Position numbers and translations under genes: made by a program. Of a DNA stretch of 32,000 bases, positions 9,117-15,536 are shown one piece after another; the stretch's first letter is position 1, and every line of letters starts with the position of its first letter. This DNA is from Ruminococcus albus 7 = DSM 20455 (GTDB lineage: Bacteria > Bacillota > Clostridia > Oscillospirales > Ruminococcaceae): contig NC_014833.1 of assembly GCF_000179635.2 (NCBI RefSeq), positions 2,490,001 to 2,522,000 on the forward strand, given 5' to 3'. Below the pieces are notes generated by a model. The model had not been told where the DNA came from. It searched no databases and worked only from the letters and a program-made list of their open reading frames with translations.

Positions 9117-10052
9117 TCACTCCGCAGTCGTAGGACTTTCCACGGTCATCGCCACAGCTCTCAGTGCGGCACCGTTGGTATCAAAATTGGACTTGCCCTT
9201 GGGTGACAGCATCAGCCTGTGAGCAAGTACTTCCTCCATTACAGCCTTTACATCATCGGGCACAACATAATTTCTGCCCAGCACATAGGCGTATGCCTTA
9301 ACAGCCCTCAGCAGTGCGATAGAGCCTCTGGGAGAAACTCCGAGCCTGATATACTCTGAATTTCTTGTTGCTGTAACGATATCAAGGATATATTTTCTTA
9401 TGCTCGGAGCAGTAGCTACCTTCTGTGCTTCATCCATAAGCACAGCGATATCATCGGTAGACATTACGGCTCTAAGATCCTTTGCCGATACTGCATTCTC
9501 ACCGTTGGTCATTATCCTCAGCTCGTCCTCATAGGAGGGATAGCCCATTGATATCTTCATTATGAATCTGTCCATCTGCGCCTCGGGCAGATGATAGGTA
9601 CCGTATGTTTCAACGGGGTTCTGTGTTGCCAGTGTCATAAAAGGTACGGGGAGCACATGGGTCACACCGTCGATAGAGATCTGATGCTCCTCCATGATCT
9701 CCAGCAGGCTGGACTGGGATTTCGGTGAAGCACGGTTTATCTCATCCGCCAGCAGGAAGTTGCACATCGCTGCGCCCTCCTTGTACTCCAGTTCCCTTGT
9801 TACCTGATTTATCATTGAGAATCCGACTATATCCGACGGCATAACGTCGGGAGTCAGCTGTATACGATTGAATTTACCCGCAACCGACCGTGCCAGTGCG
9901 GATACCAGCTGTGTCTTTCCGACACCGGGCACGTCCTCTATAAGTACATGGCCTCCGCAGAGCATAGCAGTTACGATCTTGAGTATTGTTTCCTGCTTTC
10001 CGACGATGACCTTTTCTATATTAGCCACCAAAGCTTCGATCTTATTATTCAT
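9117..10052 (-). CDS. MoxR-family AAA+ ATPase
   Basis: The ORF track starts at TTG 10055; I prefer the adjacent ATG at 10052 (GGAGGA SD 6 nt upstream). Walker A is PGVGKTQL, Walker B is LLADEINRASPKSQSSLLEIMEE, and the ~310-aa size is typical of MoxR/AAA_3. Confidence 0.93.
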   Translation of the reverse strand: MNNKIEALVANIEKVIVGKQETILKIVTAMLCGGHVLIEDVPGVGKTQLVSALARSVAGKFNRIQLTPDVMPSDIVGFSMINQVTRELEYKEGAAMCNFLLADEINRASPKSQSSLLEIMEEHQISIDGVTHVLPVPFMTLATQNPVETYGTYHLPEAQMDRFIMKISMGYPSYEDELRIMTNGENAVSAKDLRAVMSTDDIAVLMDEAQKVATAPSIRKYILDIVTATRNSEYIRLGVSPRGSIALLRAVKAYAYVLGRNYVVPDDVKAVMEEVLAHRLMLSPKGKSNFDTNGAALRAVAMTVESPTTAE

Positions 10053-10112
10053 CAAATATCCTCCGTTTCAGAGATAGTATGAGATCCAAAAAATCACATA
10101 CATTATTAATTT

Positions 10113-10141
10113 ATTATACCACATTTACAAACGTATGTCAA
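10113..10141 (-). promoter_or_regulatory. sigma-A-type promoter of the MoxR operon
   Basis: Minus strand TTGACA (10141-10136), a 17-nt spacer ending in TGG (extended -10), then TATAAT (10118-10113), about 60 nt upstream of the start codon. Confidence 0.65.
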
Positions 10142-10245
10142 CACAGCCGAACCCATGAAATACGTTATCCATACATATCCGGAGCCCCGTTACACGAAGC
10201 TCCGGCAAATAATGACAGACTTCTTTTAAAAAGCTGTAAACTGTT

Positions 10246-11499
10246 TTATCTGCGGTTTTTCGTCACTTTCCTGACAGTTTTTCTGCGAGGTGTCAGAAAG
10301 ACCTGTTCTTCCTCAACCTGTTTCTTTTCCTTCCTTTCAAGACACACTACAGTTTCGATACCCATTGTATGCGGAAACATATCCACAGGCTGAATATTCA
10401 CCGCCTTATAACCGCCTTTGGTCAGGATCCTGAGATCACGTTCGAGAGTTTCTATCTTGCAGGATACGTATACTATCCTCTTCGGCGCCAGCTTCAGCGC
10501 ACATCCGATAAATTCGCTGCTGGCGCCTGCCCTCGGAGGATCCATTATCAGAACATCACAGCTCTCCCCGCGCGAAGCCATAGCCTGCATGAATTTTCCT
10601 GCATCCTCATTGTAAAAACTGATATTATCAAGACCGTTCAATCCTGCATTGACCTTAGCATCCCTGCAGGCGTGCTTGTTCGATTCAACGCCTGTCACAT
10701 CAGCACCGTTCACAGCACATATAATACCTATCGTACCTGTGCCGCAGTAAGCATCTATTACCTTTGTGCCCTTGGTGATCCCGGCTGCCTCGACAGCATA
10801 GCTGTACAATTTTTCGGTCTGTATTGGATTGACCTGATAGAATGATGCAGGTGATATCCTGAATCTGCAGCCGCACAGTTCATCCTCGATATAACCGTCG
10901 CCGTAAAGCACTATGCTCCTTTCACCGAGGGTGAGGGGCATACCATCCGGACATATATTATGCACAACAGTGGTTATCTCAGGGTGCGCCTTTACCAGAG
11001 CCTTGACGAAATTGTTCTTTGAAGGCAGCATAGCCGAGGCAGTAACGATCACCACCATGACCTGACCTGTGCTGAACGATGTACGTATCAGGGTATGTCT
11101 TACTATGCCCACCCCTGTACGCATATCGTATGGTCTTATACGCATATCCTTCATAAGTTTTTTTATCGTACAGACAATGGGCGCTGCTTGCTGTGCTTCA
11201 AGCATACAATCATCCACCGCGACCATACGCTTGCTGTTTGATTGGTACACACCCGAAATTATACGCTTCGAGCTGTCTGTTGCGTAAACGGTCTGGACCT
11301 TGCACCTGTAATTATACGGTTCTTCCATCGGCACTATATCTTCCACCCTGCCGAATCCTGAAAGCATCCTCGCGGCTTTCTCCTGCTTGCGTGTAAGCTG
11401 TTCGCTGTAGCTCTCACTCAGCTGACAGCCTCCGCATCTTTTGAAACAGCGGCATTTTCTCTCGCCGCTGACCGAATCTTTAACTATCTTTTTAGGCAT
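10246..11499 (-). CDS. RumA-family 23S rRNA (uracil-5-)-methyltransferase
   Basis: The ORF-track start (11601) overlaps a good promoter, so I start at ATG 11499 (GGGAGGG SD). Motifs: Cys cluster CRCFKRCGGCQ (Fe-S site of the family), SAM motif DAYCGTGTIG, DPPRAG, YVSC, and C-terminal VDMFPHTMGIETV. There is no obvious N-terminal TRAM domain, and the C-terminal tail is Lys/Arg/Glu-rich. Confidence 0.88.
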   Translation of the reverse strand: MPKKIVKDSVSGERKCRCFKRCGGCQLSESYSEQLTRKQEKAARMLSGFGRVEDIVPMEEPYNYRCKVQTVYATDSSKRIISGVYQSNSKRMVAVDDCMLEAQQAAPIVCTIKKLMKDMRIRPYDMRTGVGIVRHTLIRTSFSTGQVMVVIVTASAMLPSKNNFVKALVKAHPEITTVVHNICPDGMPLTLGERSIVLYGDGYIEDELCGCRFRISPASFYQVNPIQTEKLYSYAVEAAGITKGTKVIDAYCGTGTIGIICAVNGADVTGVESNKHACRDAKVNAGLNGLDNISFYNEDAGKFMQAMASRGESCDVLIMDPPRAGASSEFIGCALKLAPKRIVYVSCKIETLERDLRILTKGGYKAVNIQPVDMFPHTMGIETVVCLERKEKKQVEEEQVFLTPRRKTVRKVTKNRR

Positions 11500-11548
11500 G
11501 ATCTGCCCTCCCGGGATCATAAGAATACTGCGCATGAGCGCTTTTACT

Positions 11549-11577
11549 ATAATACCACATTCTTCCTGTGCTGTCAA
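11549..11577 (-). promoter_or_regulatory. sigma-A-type promoter of the methyltransferase gene
   Basis: Minus strand TTGACA (11577-11572), a 17-nt spacer ending in TGG, then TATTAT (11554-11549). Confidence 0.65.
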
Positions 11578-11603
11578 CGAGTAAAAGCCTCTTTTACACA
11601 AAA

Positions 11604-11929
11604 ACAGCCGTCAGGTAAGGGCAGTACTCATACGGAAGTTTTATGTTATCTATTGGGGAAAACCCTTTTGAAAAAGGGTTATTCCTAAGCGTCAGCTTCG
11701 CTGATGCTGACCCCTTTCCGAAAACTTCTATTTCTTTTGGGCAGTGGGTAGCTATGTTTGCAAACATAGCTACCCACTGTCTTTTTCTGTCTTTATAAAA
11801 AACTACCCCCTGCCCAAAAGAGTTAAAAGTCTTTTGAAGGGGGTTCGGGGGATAACTTTTCTTCAGAAAAGTTTCCCCCGATAAATAATATAAGCTTCTA
11901 TATGGACACTGCCCTTATGTGACGGCTGT
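11604..11929. repeat. 326-bp nested imperfect palindrome (MITE-like or structured intergenic element)
   Basis: The 22-nt termini ACAGCCGTCAGGTAAGGGCAGT (11604-11625) and ACTGCCCTTATGTGACGGCTGT (11908-11929) are inverted repeats with 20/22 matches. The arms stay similar for ~85 nt. The centre is a perfect 38-bp palindrome (11742-11779), and each arm contains its own hairpin. Confidence 0.75.
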
Positions 11930-11941
11930 ACGTTTCAGATA

Positions 11942-13306
11942 TTATTCCTCGCTGTTATCATCATTCTCCTCAGAGATCTCAGCATCAGTATCTTCATTCT
12001 GATCCCCGTTGATCTCCTGTTCAGGCTCTTCGCCGTGTGCAGCCTTGCGGCGGGCATCGCGTGCGGCAAACGCCTTCTGAAGATCTGCACGCATCTCCTC
12101 ATCATTCTCAACTTCTGCCTCAACTTCTGCCAGCTGGTCCTCCCTCTCGAAGAAAGCTTCGGCAGCAGCAAGCTTTTTGCGGCGCTTGCTGGTGGGCTTC
12201 ATAATAATAAGGTATTCCACAGCGATAATTACCATAGTCAGTGCAACAGCGATAACTATCAGAAGATTGCGAACTGTCTTATCGGGAGCCCCGGAATTAT
12301 TACTGTTATCTGCTGCAGCTACAGTCCTGTCCTGCCCGTCGGTAGTGATAGTATCATCGATGATGATGATATCATAGGTCTCAAGTGTATCATCATTGAA
12401 TACTACATCAAAGGATGTTTCACCGGCAGCCAGGAATTTGAAAATACCGTTCTCAAAGCTTACAATACTGTCATCGGCAACAACGATGTTTCTGTAGTTC
12501 TCTATGTTCATTTCGGAAGGTTCAGCCTGAACTTTGCTCTTCTGAACTCTTACCAGCTTATTATATTTTGGTGTATCCTGATCACCCTGTTCGCCCGATA
12601 CATCAGGATTTGTTACTATACCGTTATCGACAGAGTAAGATATGGGCACACCTGTTTTATTATCAAGCGTGGTAACTGTCAGGAAAAGTGTCGAAGACAC
12701 CATATTCTTGTCAAGCACATCAAAATTCAGGGTAACGTAATTGCCCTTGTATTTGCTGCCTGCATCGTTGGTATAATTGAATACGTACTTTCCGTTGAAG
12801 CTGTTCTCGGCAGCAACTCCGCCTGCTTCGGGATTTATCTGTGTGCTTGTCAGCTGTAAGGTCGCTGTATCAAAGGCAACGGACATAAGTGCGCCGGATA
12901 CCGAAGCATCAGCTTCTATCCTCAGTTCTACAGAAACCTTGCCGTCCTTCATCTCACCGGGCTTCAGATACACCCTTGACGGAGCCGATGTGGGCTTATC
13001 CGTAACAGGTGCTGTAGGCTTGTTCTCCATGCTTGTGACTTCATTACCCGCTGTCTGGGCAGGATCATACTCAGGCGTTGGGGCTGCAGTTGTGGTAACT
13101 TCACCATAACCGTTATCATAGCCGTTATCATAACCGTAATCGTAGCTGTAATCATTGTTATAATCATAATTATAGTTATAGTCATTATAATCGTAATTGT
13201 TGTAATCATAATTATAATCATAGCCGTATTCCGCATATACAGAAGGTGCTGATGCCGCTACTGTCAGAGCTGCGGCAATGACCGCAGCAAACCTTTTTAA
13301 ATTCAT
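11942..13306 (-). CDS. type-I membrane-anchored surface protein with cohesin-like domain and Tyr/Asn/Asp-rich tract
   Basis: 454-aa ORF. In order it has a signal peptide MNLKRFAAVIAAALTVAASAPSVYA, a 43-aa Y/N/D/G tract, and a Thr/Pro linker. A ~125-aa beta-rich domain follows (VYLKPGEMKDGKVSVELRIEA...GALMSVAFDTATLQLTS...YVTLNFDVL...) whose hydrophobic pattern resembles cohesin modules. Next come a second Ig-like segment, the TM helix LLIVIAVALTMVIIAVEYLIIM, and a highly charged cytoplasmic tail. Confidence 0.7.
   Translation of the reverse strand: MNLKRFAAVIAAALTVAASAPSVYAEYGYDYNYDYNNYDYNDYNYNYDYNNDYSYDYGYDNGYDNGYGEVTTTAAPTPEYDPAQTAGNEVTSMENKPTAPVTDKPTSAPSRVYLKPGEMKDGKVSVELRIEADASVSGALMSVAFDTATLQLTSTQINPEAGGVAAENSFNGKYVFNYTNDAGSKYKGNYVTLNFDVLDKNMVSSTLFLTVTTLDNKTGVPISYSVDNGIVTNPDVSGEQGDQDTPKYNKLVRVQKSKVQAEPSEMNIENYRNIVVADDSIVSFENGIFKFLAAGETSFDVVFNDDTLETYDIIIIDDTITTDGQDRTVAAADNSNNSGAPDKTVRNLLIVIAVALTMVIIAVEYLIIMKPTSKRRKKLAAAEAFFEREDQLAEVEAEVENDEEMRADLQKAFAARDARRKAAHGEEPEQEINGDQNEDTDAEISEENDDNSEE
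13103..13231 (-). repeat. low-complexity TAY/AAY/GAY codon tract (Y/N/D repeats)
   Basis: Encodes EYGYDYNYDYNNYDYNDYNYNYDYNNDYSYDYGYDNGYDNGYG. The DNA is built from reiterated tat/tac, aat/aac and gat/gac triplets. Confidence 0.8.
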
Positions 13307-13342
13307 TTATAACACTCCCGAACTATTTTGTCTGTACACCGC

Positions 13343-13372
13343 AAAAGCCTCTATATTTTATAATACAGAGGC
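13343..13372 (-). terminator. possible intrinsic terminator after the cyclophilin gene
   Basis: Minus-strand GCCTCT-(14-nt AT loop)-AGAGGC followed by TTTTG. The stem is short. Confidence 0.5.
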
Positions 13373-13395
13373 ATCTGCTTTTACAATTTTATCCA

Positions 13396-13875
13396 TCAGT
13401 CAACGATGGTGACTTTCTTCATTACCTGTGGCTCCAGGGGCTTATCATTGAAATCTACCTTTGCGTCAGCGATCTCATCAACTACTTCGATACCCTTTAC
13501 TACCTTGCCGAATGCTGCATAGTCACCGTCAAGATGAGGTGCATCCTGATGCATAATAAAGAACTGGGAGCTTGCGGAGTTGGGCATCATGGATCTCGCC
13601 ATAGATATAACACCTCTGGTATGTCTGAGATCGTTCTTGACACCGTTTCTTGCAAATTCACCCTTGATCTTTTCATCAGAACCGCCCATGCCGGTACCTT
13701 CGGGGTCACCGCCCTGTATCATAAAGCCCTTGATGACTCTGTGGAATATCAGACCGTCATAAAAGCCCTGCTTTACCAGTTTTTCAAAATTCGCCACCGT
13801 GATAGGTGCTGTTTCGGGATAAAGTTCGATAAGTATCTCCTTACCGTTTTCCATTTCTATTCTTACCATTTCCAC
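13396..13875 (-). CDS. ppiB: peptidyl-prolyl cis-trans isomerase, cyclophilin type
   Basis: 159-aa ORF with FHRVIKGFMIQGGDP, GTGMGG, SMARS...NSASSQFFI and LDGDYAAFGKV cyclophilin motifs. Confidence 0.93.
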   Translation of the reverse strand: MEMVRIEMENGKEILIELYPETAPITVANFEKLVKQGFYDGLIFHRVIKGFMIQGGDPEGTGMGGSDEKIKGEFARNGVKNDLRHTRGVISMARSMMPNSASSQFFIMHQDAPHLDGDYAAFGKVVKGIEVVDEIADAKVDFNDKPLEPQVMKKVTIVD

Positions 13876-13892
13876 TTTCCTCTTTCCTTATA

Positions 13893-14432
13893 TTATTCGG
13901 CATCGCCGTAGAATTTCTTTTCTTCTTCCTTTGACTTGGGCAGAAGACCCGCGTCATACCTTCTCTGAAGATCCATAAAATACTCGCTCTCGGGAGTTCT
14001 TGTCTTCTTGAAAAGGGATTTTCTTACCTCGTCCAGTGTGAAGAAATCACGCTTACCGTCGGTATTTACACAGTAAAATCTGTTCACCTTAGCAAAATTG
14101 CCGTTCTCGTCATACCTGTTCTTATCGAAGCAGCAGAAAATATCTCTTGCCATAAGATCACATAATCTCAGCACCCTGGTGTAATTGGATGCATCCTTCC
14201 AGTCATCAAGCTCCTCCTTGAAATACTGCTGAACAGGCACACCGTTGACCTCCATGCGCCTAATTATCCTTGCAAGCGCTACTGATGCATCATGGTCGGT
14301 CAGCTTATCAAGACGTGCATTTTTATACTCCAATATATAATCATTGACCGTTGCATAGAAAAGCTTGTCATACGGAAATACCTTCCCTGCATCGGAATAC
14401 TTTATTATCGGATTTTCTGTGTTGATGTTCAA
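13893..14432 (-). CDS. hypothetical protein
   Basis: 179-aa ORF with a TTG start 9 nt after an AGGAG SD and a 17-nt gap to ppiB. No motif recognised. Confidence 0.65.
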   Translation of the reverse strand: MNINTENPIIKYSDAGKVFPYDKLFYATVNDYILEYKNARLDKLTDHDASVALARIIRRMEVNGVPVQQYFKEELDDWKDASNYTRVLRLCDLMARDIFCCFDKNRYDENGNFAKVNRFYCVNTDGKRDFFTLDEVRKSLFKKTRTPESEYFMDLQRRYDAGLLPKSKEEEKKFYGDAE

Positions 14433-14463
14433 AACCTATCGCTCCTAAACCATTCTCCGTGAC

Positions 14464-15177
14464 CTACCTGCGGTCACCGTACTTTGCCTCAAATTCCTCG
14501 ACCTTCTTCGCCAGGAATTCCTCATCAACAAAACCTATATTGTCGGGATCCTCGCTGTGATCGATCACTCCCAGTTTCTCTATCTCAGCCTCGTCAGGCT
14601 CGGACGCTACGGCTGCTATATCCTTATACTCAGCATAATCTTCAGGCTTCTTTGCATAGGGCAGATCGGCAAGCTTCTTATCCACTTCTGCCTGACCTAC
14701 CTCACTGAATTCAAACTTAGTGTTCTCCACCTCAGCCACCTTGGCTTCATGCTCGGCATACATAGCCTGCATCTTTTCAGCAACATCCTGCTCCTTAGCC
14801 TCGGTGATCTCCTCCTGATGTGATCTCAGATATTTCTCATGCTCGACCTCGTAAAGCTTCTCATACTCTGTCTGCGCATCAACTATCTCCTCACGTCCGA
14901 CAGTGCTGGTACCATAATCCGCATGGGTCTTTACAGGCTGATTCTTTTTCTCCTCAAGCTCCGCTTCAAGCTGAGCCATCTTAGTCTTTATCATCTCGGG
15001 GTCAACGCTCTCGACCTCAAGAGTTTCGGGAACAGCAGTATCGTACTTGGATTCCTTCAGCGTAACTGTCTGCTTGCGTCTGGGTGAAGGAGTGTTCCAG
15101 ATATCATCAGGATCAACGGGCTTAGCCGCAGGTACTGCCACAGGTGCAGCCGGTTTCTTTTTATTAAATAGAGCCAT
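14464..15177 (-). CDS. hypothetical Glu/Lys-rich acidic protein
   Basis: 237-aa ORF with ATG at 15177 preceded by an AGGGGGA SD. The protein has a Pro/Ala-rich N terminus and is otherwise E/K/A/D-rich and probably helical. No TM segment and no recognised domain. Confidence 0.65.
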   Translation of the reverse strand: MALFNKKKPAAPVAVPAAKPVDPDDIWNTPSPRRKQTVTLKESKYDTAVPETLEVESVDPEMIKTKMAQLEAELEEKKNQPVKTHADYGTSTVGREEIVDAQTEYEKLYEVEHEKYLRSHQEEITEAKEQDVAEKMQAMYAEHEAKVAEVENTKFEFSEVGQAEVDKKLADLPYAKKPEDYAEYKDIAAVASEPDEAEIEKLGVIDHSEDPDNIGFVDEEFLAKKVEEFEAKYGDRR

Positions 15178-15263
15178 TACATATTCCCCCTATAGTTAGA
15201 ATGTCAGATATGATCACCCGCACCAAAAAGCCTGTTTACGCGGACTGATATCTATACATTCTA

Positions 15264-15292
15264 ATTATACAATATTTTGCACAAAAATGCAA
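15264..15292 (-). promoter_or_regulatory. candidate promoter of the acidic protein - ppiB operon
   Basis: Minus strand TTGCAT (15292-15287), a 17-nt spacer, then TATAAT (15269-15264). The -35 lies inside a TTGCA-N6-TGCAA palindrome. Confidence 0.45.
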
Positions 15293-15536
15293 ATATTTTT
15301 TATATGCTAATTGAGATAAATTTCAGAGATTAATTTAGGCAATATTACGTATGTTCATATTTGGTTCACGAAACGTTTGATAAATAGTGATATATTGTTG
15401 TATGATATTTGTTATAATTGGTTTGACATATTAATGGGAATGCATATTGTGGAGAGAATGTATAATCTTTTAACCGTTTAAAACTTTTTTATGATAATTT
15501 TTACATTTACACTTTTACCTTTAAGGGGGAATCACT

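Noticed and set aside
10179-10205. Hairpin CCGGAGC-(13 nt)-GCTCCGG downstream of the methyltransferase stop, considered as a terminator
   Set aside because: No T tract follows on the minus strand. The stem is only 7 bp with a large loop.
11500-11601. N-terminal 34-codon extension of the methyltransferase ORF
   Set aside because: The extension overlaps a TTGACA-17-TATTAT promoter (11577-11549), and the GGGAGGG SD sits directly before ATG 11499.
11604-11929. Calling the nested palindrome a bona fide MITE or transposon
   Set aside because: No target-site duplication is visible (flanks CACAAAA / ACGTTTC), there is no second copy in this window, and no transposase is nearby. It is kept as a repeat or structured element pending a genome-wide copy-number check.
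12035-12859. 274-aa plus-strand ORF, the longest unexplained ORF in the track
   Set aside because: It is entirely antisense to the well-supported cohesin-like gene. Its translation is Cys/Ile/Leu-rich nonsense with no SD or promoter. The open frame is a by-product of the codon composition of the sense gene.
15178-15536. Search for c-di-GMP (GEMM) riboswitches or other known leaders in AT-rich intergenic regions (also 17580-17743 and 25630-25750)
   Set aside because: I could not find the conserved GEMM cores (e.g. ACGCAAAGC-type blocks or paired GNRA/receptor hairpins) or any other riboswitch core by eye. These regions look like plain AT-rich promoter DNA. Several alternative -35/-10 pairs exist upstream of 15537, so I did not call a promoter there. 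The direct repeat TGATATATTGTT / TGATATTTGTT (15388-15413) was noted but is too AT-rich to interpret.
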